Assembly (NCBI GenBank): GCA_965207375.1
Contig: CBDBMG010000001.1
Location: 1-64,000 of the forward strand
Direction: 5' to 3'
Source: Nitrosopumilaceae archaeon
GTDB lineage: Archaea; Thermoproteota; Nitrososphaeria; Nitrososphaerales; Nitrosopumilaceae
DNA: 64,000 nt
Part shown: positions 13,055-24,955 of the stretch, in pieces
Layout: each line of letters starts with the position of its first letter
Numbering within the stretch: the stretch's first letter is position 1
Notes under the pieces: generated by a model
Seen by the model: only the letters and a program-made list of their open reading frames with translations
Databases searched by the model: none
What the model was told of the DNA's origin: nothing
Translations under genes and position numbers: made by a program

Positions 13055-13420
13055 ATGAGAAAGCCATGATGTGGGCAGCTATAATGCTGGAATACTGCAT
13101 GGGCTATATTTCGACTGCTTTGGCTGGGCGAGATGTAGCTCGGTGCAGTGTACGATTCATTTGACGGAAGTCATCACAAAAGGGTCCATAGATAGATACG
13201 TAGCAGCTATCAGCAGAACAGGTGGCCCATTGTGCCCAGTAGCAGCAATTCTGGCATGGCCTCATGTTTCCCATTGAAGCACCCTGAACTTGACTAAATC
13301 TACCTTTACATTCATATATAGCTACTGGCTATGCATGCAAGGCACTCAACAAGGTGGGGGTATCTTAAATTCTATGTAGGCTACAGCTTGAGGCCCAGGG
13401 CAGCCACAACAGTAAGGGCT
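13055..13420 (+). mobile_element. Relic of a DIRS-type tyrosine recombinase
   Basis: HEKAMMWAA, TGGPLCPVAAILA and YVGYSLRPRAATT (degenerate GHSFRIGAAT) in the expected order, frames broken. Confidence 0.6.
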
Positions 13421-14529
13421 GGGTGTCACTATGCATGATCAAGCGGGAAGGTCAGTGGCACAGCTGGCAGGGCTTCATGCAGTATACCTACCATGCATGA
13501 CTCCTCAGTCCTCAGTGAGGAGTCGTTATAGTGTTATGTACATTGCCAGATATTCATCCAGGGCAGCAGTAATGTCTGCAAGCAAAACAGTAGTTATATA
13601 TGTAGGCGGGAACATAATGTGGCATTGGTTCTGGCTATAGCAAGGGTTCTTAGCTTTGTATACAGTATATTAACGATCAGTCAGAGATTAAGGAGCTCAC
13701 ATGATGGTCGTAACAAAGCAGCTTAGCAGCAGCAGTCAGCCAACTTATGATTTTCCACACAGACCCACACACAGACCATCATTGATGCACAAGGAGGCAT
13801 GGCTGGATGGGGACGCTTTAAGTGAAGGATTTTTTGGCCGGAGTGTCTTTGGCAGTGTATAATTGCTTGGTTTGGCTGGAGCCAGGGAAAATATTGAGTA
13901 GTATACAAATATGCAACTGCCAGAACGTGAGTTAATGATGCAATCACATGATCAGGTGGGAGCAATAAAATCACGTGAATGGAAACCCTATGAAAGGAGA
14001 TGCTTCTACCCAACCACCAAATATTTATAAGTCTCATCAGGAAGCGAAGGCAACAGATGTATATATATAGCTACAGCTGGCAAATGTAATAAGGTAAGCT
14101 AGGGTATGTTTTACTATAGCAATATCTTTTGTTGTAATGATCGCGTATTTCAATATTGCCCAGCTAGTCGCAATCTAGCTACACAATTAAACTGTTCTGC
14201 AGCTTTGAAAAATGATAGGTAATTCATTGTAGGAAGTAAAATTGTTAGAGGCTTGAGCCCTTCACCTGCATGTAATGCCTACACAAGTTACTGAAAGGTG
14301 AAAGAACGTACCTCTAAAATTGACTAACTTAGTGTTACATGCTGGAATTGTTAATACTGATTGTTACCCAAATCCCTGTAATATCTATGGTTTATGGGAG
14401 GTGCTTAATAACCAAACTATTATAATATTGAAACAATATAATCATTGTATCAGTATTGTTAATCACTAGTAGGTATTATTTCCATTTCCTTTGCTTTTAT
14501 TTATTAACTATTGTATAATTGTTTTGTAG

Positions 14530-15969
14530 GCCAAAGTAATGAAGGGAATGAGTTTTATGTAGGATTTATCAGAAATCGATTTGGTAGAAGTGATGAACAA
14601 GAAAGGATACCTCCGGTTCTTTGGATCACGACTAAAGAGTCTATGCCAGTCAACTTTGAAGTATTCACTTTTTTGGACTTATTGCTAGTGGTGTAGCAAT
14701 TCCTGAACAAATAACATATGTTACCATACCAATTGGATTTGTTGTGTTTGATTCAACTGAAGATAGTAGTGAGGATACATGGTTTAAAGGAATTCATATT
14801 AAAGCGCAGGACTACAAAAGGATTGTTGTCTTTGGTCAACATGAGGAAATAGCATCCAATGATGCTTATCTAGCATTACCAATGATTTCACTGCCAGCAG
14901 GAAGGTCTTATGAGTACATTACAGCATCAATATTTGGAGATTCAGGTACTGCTTTACAAGCTAAAGATAGTGTGGCTCTAATTATTGGAACTGAGGATGA
15001 TACTGAGATAATCCTTGAACCATCTGTTCTCATCAGGCATCCCTTTGCTCCAACACAAACTGGTAGACAGTTTATTTCTGGAGTTCCTGTTCAGTTTCGT
15101 ACTGTAACTATCCAGAGGTTTCAGACATTTTATCTTCAGGTTCGTGGTGGAGATATATCTGGTACTCGCATAATAGCAAATAAGCCAATATCTGTTTTCT
15201 CTGGACACGAATGTGCCAATGTTCCATTAGCTAGTGAACCTTGTGACATACTGATTGAACAACTTCAACCAATAGATACATGGGGAACTGAAGCAGTTAC
15301 AGTTCCACTGAGAACAAGGAGTGGTGATGTATTAAAAGTGTTTGCTTCACAAAAGACTCTACTACAGTTAATGTTACATATACAGACATCAGTAGTGGCA
15401 TGGTTACCAGTGATAGTTTTAGTTTCACACTTAATCGTAATGGATTTAGAGAGTTGGGGGGTACTTCAATAGTGGCCACAGGGGCTATTGCTGACTTTGC
15501 CTTGATACAGTCTAATAATCCAATTGTTGTATTTCAATTTAGCAGAAGCTTTTCAACTGATAATAATATAATATCTAGTGCATTTATGTTGTCAGTGCCA
15601 TCTTGTGAACAATATCGTGACAGTTATGCCGTAGCTACAGCTCCATTTGATCCTTCAATTGAAGGAACTTCACCAATACAAGCTCGAGGTCCATATGTTA
15701 ACTATACTAACATAGCAGTACCAGCTGAGTATTTTAATGTTAGTTTAATAACAGTTAATAATAATCCAATTAATGCCTCAGAGTTAGGCCAATCAGGAGA
15801 GCAGATAACAGCATATGGGGCTATGGGGCACAGTTAATACTTGATGAAGGAGCTCAAGTGATAAGACATCAAGATCCAAATTCAGCTCTATCAGTAACAT
15901 TGTATGGATACAGTAACCAACAGTCATGGGGTTGTACTGGAGGGACAAGTCTTGCTCTTGTTGCTTTTC
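14530..15969 (+). pseudogene. Gene 1 exon 2, IgGFc-binding (FCGBP N-terminal-like) domain, frameshifted
   Basis: GNEFYVGF, DAYLALP, GTRIIANKPISVFSGHECANVP, CDILIEQLQPIDTWG. Colinear with intact 56273-57703 but split over several ORFs by -1 (~14670), +2 (~15352) and -1 (~15784) indels. Confidence 0.85.
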
Positions 15970-16844
15970 GTAAGTTATATCATCTTTTATTGTATGTAGA
16001 TGATTGTTAATGTATCTGTCACGTGAAATGATGGCAGATGGAATTTTAACCAAGACAGTGGCAAGTAATGACTGGATGACTGTTGCTCTATTATCAAAGA
16101 GTAATTCCATTTGCCATCATGCGGTGTGAACAAAGTTTGCAACTATAATGAAATTGTGTGACCTCAGTACAGATGTGCCAGCATGCTACAACAGCTGTAA
16201 TCTATTGCCATAGTTACAGTGCATGTATTTTGTTACCACTAATAATCGCATAGCTTGTATATATTGTCCCATTATTAGCAATGCAATTAATCCCAAATTG
16301 TACAGTTTTAATAGCCTTGGGCGTAACAATATTCAGTTATTGCACTCTAAAATAGCCAATCAAATTTCCACAATGCAAGAAGCCATTTAAATGCAACAAG
16401 CAATTATGTAATAAGCAGCAAGTAACAGTTACTGACTGAATGAGTACTCCATAGTCCATAGAAGAGTTTCTCAATGCTATCGTTTTATACTCAATTCTGA
16501 ATGCACTGCTACTAAAACAAGCTAAGAAACAAACAGGATATGCAACCATGCCTCAGATTGCGTGCCTCAAGTTAGAGTGGGCATCATAGGTCATGCTGTG
16601 TGATTAGTAGACAATCACACGTATTTTTGTGCAATTCAAGAATAATTGTACAAGTAACAGCATACAGTCAAAATTGCACTTGGTGTCACCTCATACAATT
16701 ACTTGACTGTTACTGGCATGGTAGCTACTTATTCTTGAATTGCACTCAAATTTAGGTTGTTTCTCCATATAAAAGTCACAAAATACGTATACAAATACTT
16801 TGAAATACATGTACTATTGTCTAAATATATATAATAGACAACAC

Positions 16845-18020
16845 AGGTACTGTAGGTACTGTGGGTACTGTAGGTACTGTAGGTATTGTAGGTACTGTAG
16901 GTAATATAGGTACTGTAGGTACTATATGAACTGTAGGTACTATAGGTACTGTAGGTACTGTAGGTACTGTAGGTACTGTGGGTACTGTAGGTACTGTAGG
17001 TACTGTAGGTACTGTAGGTACTGTAGGTACTATGGGTACTATAGGTACTGTAGGTACCGTAGGTACTGTAGGTACTGTGGGTACTATAGGTACTGTAGGT
17101 ACTGTGGGTACTGTAGGTACTATAGGTACTGTAGGTACTGTGGGTACTGTAGGTACTGTGGGTACTGTAGGTACTCTGGGTATTGTAGGTACTATAGGTA
17201 CTGTAGGTACTGTAGGTACTGTGGGTACTGTGGGTACTGTAGGTACTGTAGGTACTGTGGGTACTGTAGGTACTATAGGTACTGTGGGTACTATAGGTAC
17301 TGTAGGTACTATAGGTACTGTAGGTACCGTAGGTACTGTAGGTACTGTAGGTACTGTGGGTACTATAGGTACTATAGGTACTGTAGGTACTGTGCATGGG
17401 TACTATAGGTACTGTAGGTTCTGTGGGTACTGTAGGTACTGTAGGTACTGTTGATATATTGTAGGTACTGTGGGTACTGTGGGTACTGTGGGTACTGTAG
17501 GTACTGTGAGTACTGTGGGTACTGTAGGCACTGTGGGTACTATAGGTACTGTGGGTATATTGTAGGTACTGTGGGTACTGTGAGTACTGTGGGTACTATG
17601 GGTACTGTAGGTACTGTGGGTACTATAGGTACTGTAGGTACTGTTGGTATATTGTAGGTACTGTGGATACTGTGGGTACTGTGGGTACTGTAGGTACTGT
17701 GAGTACTGTGGGTACTGTAGGTACTGTGGGTACTATAGGTACTGTGGGTATATTGTAGGTACTGTGGGTACTGTGGGTACTGTCGGTACTGTGGGTACTG
17801 TAGGTACTGTGGGTACTGTAGGTACTGTGAGTACTGTGGGTACTGTAGGTACTGTGGGTACTATAGGTACTGTAGGTACTGTAGGTACTATAGGTACTGT
17901 AGGTATTGTCGGTACTGTGGGTACTGTAGGTGCTGTAGGTACTGTGGGTACTATAGGTACTGTAGGTACTGTAGGTACTGTTGGTACCCATGGTACTGTG
18001 GGTACTGTAGGTACTGTGGG
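16845..18020 (+). repeat. 9-bp minisatellite (GGTACTGTA variants)
   Basis: Directly visible tandem units; degenerate continuation to ~18400. Confidence 0.95.
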
Positions 18021-18633
18021 TAAACACATTGTTAACAAAAATGCCAACTATAAGATGTCAGCTGTGTTTGATCAAAATACCGTGAAATACTGAATACCGT
18101 TTTGAATTTGTAATACCATATATTGGAAAAATATTGATACCGCCCAACACTATCTACAGTACCTACAGTGTACTATAGGTACTATAGGTACTGTAGGTAC
18201 TGTGCATGGGTACTGTAAGTACTATAAGTACTGTGGGTACTATAGGTACTGTAGCTATTGTAGTTGGTATTGTAGGTACTATAGCTATGTACTGTAGCTA
18301 GATACTATAGGTACTATACTGGTACTATAGGAGTACTATATGGATACTGTAGATATACCGTGGGTACTGTGACAATGTGGTTAGATACTGTTGGTAGCTA
18401 CTGTAAGTGTCCAATAATAATTATGCAGATGTGGCTATAATTAGTGTCCATTCTATTGCTGTTTTTGTTTACAGTATTGGTGTCATGTGTGCATATGCTG
18501 TGTCAAACCTATCAGCATGATAAATTAGTTGGTTTTATTTAGCCATACAGCAGTTTCAGTAATATGTTTTATTGGTTTACCATTTTAAATCAGTCTATGT
18601 TTTTGTTATTAATACAGTATATTAGTGATGAGT

Positions 18634-20441
18634 ACACAGTACCTACAGTACCCACAGTAACTACAGTACCTATAGTACCCACTGTACCTACGGTACCTAC
18701 AGTACCTATAGTACCTACAGTACCTACAGTACTTACAGTACCTATAATACCTATAGTACCCACAGTACCTACAGTACCTATAGTACCCACAGTACCTATA
18801 GTACCTACAGTACCTATAGTACCTATAGTACCCACAGTACCTACCGTACCCACAGTACCTATAGTACCCATAGTACCTACAGTACCTACAGTACCTACAG
18901 TACCCACAGTACCTATAGTACCCATAGTACCTACAGTACCTACAGTACCTACAGTACCTACAGTACCTACAGTACCCACAGTACCGACGGTACCTACAGT
19001 ACCTATAGTACCTACAGTACCCACAGTACCTACAGTACCCACAGTACCTACAGTACCTACAGTACCTACAGTACCCACAGTACCTACGGTACCTACAGTA
19101 CCTATAGTGCCTACAGTACCCACAGTACCTACAGTACCCACAGTACCTACAGTACCTACGGTACCTACAGTACCTACAGTACCTATAGTACCTACAGTAC
19201 CCACAGTACCTACAGTACCCACAGTACCTACAGTACCTACGGTACCTACGGCACCTACAGTACCCACAGTACCCACAGTACCTACAGTACCCACAGTACC
19301 TACAGTACCTATAGTACCCACTGTACCTACGGTACCTACAGTACCTATAGTACCTACAGTACCTACAGTACTTACAGTACCTATAATACCTATAGTACCC
19401 ACAGTACCTACAGTACCTATAGTACCCACAGTACCTATAGTACCTACAGTACCTATAGTACCTATAGTACCCACAGTACCTACCGTACCCACAGTACCTA
19501 TAGTACCCATAGTACCTACAGTACCTACAGTACCTACAGTACCCACAGTACCTATAGTACCCATAGTACCTACAGTACCTACAGTACCTACAGTACCTAC
19601 AGTACCTACAGTACCCACAGTACCGACGGTACCTACAGTACCTATAGTACCCACAGTACCCACAGTACCTACAGTACCCACAGACCTACAGTACCTAGCT
19701 ACAGTACCTACAGTACCCACAGTACCTACGGTACCTACAGTACCTATAGTGCCTACAGTACCCACAGTACCTACAGTACCCACAGTACCTACAGTACCTA
19801 CGGTACCTACAGTACCTACAGTACCTATAGTACCTACAGTACCCACAGTACCTACAGTACCCACAGTACCTACAGTACCTACGGTACCTACGGCACCTAC
19901 AGTACCCACAGTACCCACAGTACCTACAGTACCCACAGTACCTACAGTACCTACAGTACCTATAGTACCTACAGTACCCACAGTACCTACAGTACCCACA
20001 GTACCTACAGTACCTACGGTACCCACAGTACCTACAGTACCTACGGTACCGACAGTACCTATAGTACCTACAGTACCAACAGTACCTACAGTACCTATAG
20101 TACCTACAGTACCCCCAGTACCTACAGTACCTACAGTACTCACAGTACCTACAGTACCTACAGTACCTACAGTACCTATAGTACCTACAGTACCCACAGT
20201 ACGTACCCACAGTACCTACAGTACCTATAGTACCTACAGTACCCACAGTACCTACAGTACCCACAGTACCCACAGTACCTATAGTACCTATAGTACCCAC
20301 AGTACCAACAGTACCTACAGTACATACGGTACCTACAGTACCTATAGTACCTACAGTACCTACAGTACCCACAGTACCTATAGTACCTACAGTTCCTATA
20401 GTACCTACAGTACCTATAGTACCTACAGTACCCACAGTACC
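18634..20441 (-). repeat. 9-bp minisatellite in opposite orientation (ACAGTACCT variants)
   Basis: Directly visible; contains a 639-bp higher-order duplication. Confidence 0.95.
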
Positions 20442-20532
20442 TGTGTTATCAAAATTTTACCAATTAATGGCTCATGTAATCATCAAAGTTCTATCAAATA
20501 CTTCCACTGTCTTAATAATGACACAGCTACTG

Positions 20533-20750
20533 GTATATAGCTATAGCTAACTGTATTAAGTATCTAGTATATAGCTATAGCTAACTGTATTTAGTATATA
20601 GCTATAGCTAGTATATAGCTATAGCTAACTGTATTAAGTATATAGCTATAGCTAACTGTATATAGCTATAGCTAACTGTATTAAATATATAGCTATAGCT
20701 AACTGTATTAAGTATATAGCTATAGCTAACTGTATATAGCTATAGCTAGC
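20533..20750. repeat. TAGCTA-rich minisatellite (TATATAGCTATAGCTAACTGTATTAAG variants)
   Basis: Directly visible tandem units of about 20-27 bp. Confidence 0.9.
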
Positions 20751-20761
20751 TGGCTACTATA

Positions 20762-21434
20762 GTTGGTTCGCGTTCACCGTGCGGTTGAGCTAGCTGAAAG
20801 GAAGCCATTTAAGATCAAAGTGTTGTGAACATATGTTTTCTACGTCACTATTTTAATTATGCGTAATATGCGCGCACAATGCTCTCGTTTGCAAAAATGG
20901 CGTCTTCACCAAGAGTTGTGCAATACTATTGTAAAGAAAGAAAGCGCTTCTGGAGCGATAATAAGTATGTTTTGATAAAATATATATCAATAAACCAAGA
21001 ATGGCGAGGTTAAATAAGTTTTAGTGCGAACGGTGAAATTAATGAACTGGAAAGTTGCTTTCTATGTATAGCACTATAGTTGTAATATATTTATTGTACC
21101 TTTAAAGCTATCTTGGAGCGAACAGTTCACCATTAGCGACGAAAATGTATTATTACTAATTACACATTGGCGCGGCTTTACCACCAATGCGTCACGAACA
21201 TGTGTCAGCTCGGTAACTTCAAAGGACTGTAGTTAAATGGCTTCTCCATAGGAAATGTATGGAAAAACTTACAAGCTCCATAACTCCCCAGCACTGGCTC
21301 CAGCTGAAGCGCTTCTTGTTTCATCGTCTCCGGCATTTGACGGGCTTCATGATGATATAAAAAATTTTTATCCTGGTGTATTTTTATCGGAAGTTATTAA
21401 AGAAAAGGCGACCGCACGGTGAACGCGAACCAAC
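20762..21434. mobile_element. Non-autonomous TIR element flanked by TATA
   Basis: Perfect 24-bp TIR GTTGGTTCGCGTTCACCGTGCGGT with TATA on both sides. Confidence 0.85.
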
Positions 21435-21474
21435 TATATGAAATTGTCAGTATATTCATACAATGTAGCTAATA

Positions 21475-21825
21475 CCGTATGGCAGGAAATTTTTGGAGAG
21501 AAATATTTTCAGAAATTTGAATGAAACTGTCATTTTGGAAATAAAATTTCAGAATGTTGCTACTTAGCCATAGATTATAGAAGGGCGTGTTCTGTGCCCT
21601 TCTATAATCTATGACTTAGCTATGCACATCACAAATAAGCGCGCATACTAATTATTAAATGTGATGGAGATTTCTACTGATACTGTTATCAGAGGCCATC
21701 ATGTATATAAAGAGATATGGACGCCTATCATAGGGGAGGTACTGCATTGTGAGAAAGAAGAGGGCAACTCGCATGACTTGTACACAGTTGCGGTGAAGAA
21801 ACTAGATTGCATCATTGGCCATATA
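21475..21825 (+). mobile_element. Truncated TA|CCGTAT-type TIR element carrying a HIRAN-like ORF fragment
   Basis: TACCGTATGGCAGGAAATTTTTGG terminus (related ends at ~52965 and ~60624); ORF 21661-21843 VIRGHHVYKEIWTPIIGEVLHCEKEEGNSHDLYTVAV..IIGHI. Confidence 0.6.
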
Positions 21826-22703
21826 TTAGCCACTGATCAGTGATGTGATCCATTAACTATAATAATCAGCTAATAGAGGCTGGCCTAGCTATAGTTTTTC
21901 AAACTGGTGATGGCCTCTAATTAACAGCTATAGTATAATATAAGTACCGAGCTGTTGTGCCTTGTAAAACTGCAACTAAAGAATTAGAACTACATGCCAG
22001 CCAGCTTATTAAAAGAGCTACTAACCAAACATGATATAGCTATAATTTATACTGACCAAGCTAATTAAATTATTGACCAATTTATTGGCTAATTTATTGT
22101 TAGAAACCACATAAAATCTGATTGGCTAAAAATGTCAGGTCATGCAACTACACATATAACATTAAATTCGGACCACACAGCAGGCTGAATGGCTATATGT
22201 AGGCTACATAGGAAGTTCAAATGAATAAAATATCGTTAATTGTGTGGCCAGAACAAGAAGTGCAGATTTTTTTCAATTGCAAGTTATTTATGTCCCTAAG
22301 TGATAATACATTGGTAGAGCTCAGGCTTAGCTGTTGAAAGCTACATATCAAATAACTTTTCGTACAAACTTTCAACTGAAATGATCATGTCTCGGATCAT
22401 GTACCATTTTGATATGTAAAATTCCGTATTCTATAGTGCATCTGATAGGTTTCACCTCGCAACTATCGAGTTGATTGCCAGAATTGTGGAGTTGGATCAA
22501 GATGGCTCGTCTAGCTATATACTTGTTAACAGCATTATATCTAGCGTGATTTTTGTAGTTTACTAAGTAGCCTGAGGTATATTGCGAGGTAGTTTATTGT
22601 GACAGCCGGGGGGGTCAGTAACGAGACAAAATCGATTTGAAAGTTGGGTTAAATTTCCACATGAACTTAAATTGTTCTATTATAAGCGCGCCTTTGTAAT
22701 TAA

Positions 22704-24268
22704 CGAGGGGTCGCCAACGACCCTGAAATCTCGTACACTTTCCATGAAATCCGTCAAGAAATATTTAGAAATACAGAAATCTCATCTTGTTGAGGTAGTT
22801 CTTGAACCGTATATTTACGTTTTTTCCGTAAACTAAGGTTATTTCTAAGTAATGCACAGTCGTGCACGAGGTCGTGCGCATGCAGTTAGCAAGGCCACGA
22901 GGACCGTAAAATGGAGGATAATGACTTTGTGTTCTCAAAATGTTCGAGCAGTCCAAGGAGTAGCCTTACCGAGAGTAGTCGAAGGAAGCCATAGCTAGCT
23001 ATAGTAGCTACGTGTGTAAAGCTTGATGTAGCTAGCTAGAAAATAATCAGCAAAACATTCGAATTCCTGCTGCATAATAATAATAATAATCAGTAATAAT
23101 TATAATGTACAGACCTCCAAAGGAGTATTACGTACATATCATTAGCTATATAGTTTCTAATTTACATAAATTATATTTGAATAGTTCGACAGTTGTTGAT
23201 GAGATTACAGATTCTGGAAGATTGTTCCATATTCGTATTGTTGAGGGATAGAAGGAGTGGCAGTAAGCATCGACTCTTGTAGGCAAATGACAGAGATGAA
23301 ATGGATGATCTCGTGTGTTTCGTGGATTAAAAATCAAGTCACTTCAGTCAGCCTAAACTAGATTGTTAATGATCTTATACATTATTATGGCTCTGGCCTC
23401 AAGTCTCCGATGTTCTAAAGTTGGCCAGTCCAATAGCTGTAGCATATCAGATACACTAGAGTATCTATAATAGTTGTTGCATACAAACCTTGCTGCTTTC
23501 CTTTGGGCAGATTCGAGTTTATAGATTGCTAATTGTGTGAATGGACTCCATATTATGGCTACATATTCTAAAATAGGGCGAACCATCATCTTGTAGCAAG
23601 CTTCTTTGACTGCTCTAGGACATGAGTAGATATTTCTTTGTAGGAAAGCTCTTGATGTATTAGCTTTGCTGATAATATGATTAATATGGTCTTTCCAGAT
23701 CAAATGTTCATCAATGTACACACCCAGATATTTAACAGAGGAAGCTGTTTTTAACCTTTTCTCTTGGATGTTATAGTCATACAAAATGGGGAATTTAGCA
23801 TTGGTTATCCTAATTAACTCACATTTATCAAGGTTGAAAGTCATTTGCCATTTGTTGGCCCAGAGTTGAAGAATATTAAGATCTTCTTGCAGAGTTAGGC
23901 AGTCATCTTTAGTGTGAATATTATTGTATAACAACACGTCATCTGCATACAATTTAACTTTAGAGATAACATTTTCAGGTAAATCATTAATGTAACAGAG
24001 AAAAAGCAGTGGTGCGAGAACTGTTCCCTGTGGAACACCTGATATGACATTGGTGCAGTCACTGCTACAGCCATAAGCCTGATTGCTAAAATATAACTGA
24101 AATCTTTCATAAAATATTGAAATCCTTAAACTCATTTTAAAATGAAATATTTATGAAATACAAAAGAAATCTCGAATTATTTGAAAACTCATTTTATAAT
24201 GAAATACAAAAGAAATCTCGAAATATTTGAAATCTCGTACGCGAAATCGCTTCGTTGGCGACCCCTCG
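22704..24268. mobile_element. MITE of the CGAGGGGTC family containing a LINE fragment
   Basis: TIR CGAGGGGTCGCCAACGA, 8-bp TSD GTAATTAA; empty site visible in the duplicate at ~30177. Confidence 0.9.
23076..24065 (-). mobile_element. 5'-truncated CR1/L2-group LINE (RT C-terminal half and 3' tail)
   Basis: ORF 23353-24135: SGVPQGTVLAPLLFLCYINDLP, KLYADD, VKYLGV, MVRPILEY; continuation SFYPSTIRIWNNLP; (ATT)n tail at ~23076-23103. Confidence 0.92.
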
Positions 24269-24955
24269 GTAATTAACGCCATAACGAAATTTAAATCCTG
24301 CCCCGGCTGCAAAAGCCAAGCAGTTTTCCGCATGCCAAATAATTGTGTTTGTGCATTAATACCCTTGCTACAACACTGATGGTAATTGATTAATCAGTGA
24401 ATCTATAGAGTCTAGCACATCCGAAGTTTCCTAGGACATATAGCTATACTTAATTAAGGAGTAAACTTCACAAAATTTATATTTCTGAGTGAAGTAGTAT
24501 GTATAACTTCCTTGATCCCCTGACAAAACCTAAGCCCCCTGTATCCTAGTTCTAGAATTATCACTGGTTTTTACACGTATAGCTACACCTTAAAATGCTA
24601 CTAGTTTGATTATACCATGTATAAGGGCTCTCTCTGCTTAAAGTGTGTGTCATGTTATATCATCTTGATAACACAGTGCATGGTTAGCCCCCTCGCCTGC
24701 CACCTCAGTCAAAAATACAAAAGGATGGATATGTTGTTAGAACACTAATTCTTGTCCATTTAATTGCATAACAATTTATACTAAAGGGTAGCTATGCGTT
24801 GAATTAAATATACTCTAAATCTGGCATTTCTGTACTTTACAAAATAGAACATCCCATAGCTTCTGAGGGCTACACCCCATAGCCCCTGCTTTAGAGATCC
24901 ACTGTACTAGCTGTGCTTAGCTCCCCTCTCTAGATCTGCCTATGGCTGAGTGGGA

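Larger units (their letters stand above)
16837..20450. mobile_element. Foldback-type structure with long inverted arms of 9-bp minisatellite
   Basis: Left array (GGTACTGTA)n and right array (ACAGTACCT)n are reverse complements. The unique outer ends also pair: GACAACACAGGTAC / GTACCTGTGTTATC. Confidence 0.6.

Noticed and set aside
16729-18093. STY/GTV/CRY repeat ORFs
   Set aside because: Translation artefacts of the minisatellite.
18564-20540. 658-aa PTV-repeat ORF as a mucin-like exon of gene 1
   Set aside because: The 9-bp unit is open in several frames on both strands, the ORF shifts frame internally, the array is mirrored upstream and no convincing splice sites flank it. RNA-seq would settle it.
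16845-20750. CRISPR-like array
   Set aside because: No unique spacers, no cas genes, eukaryotic context.
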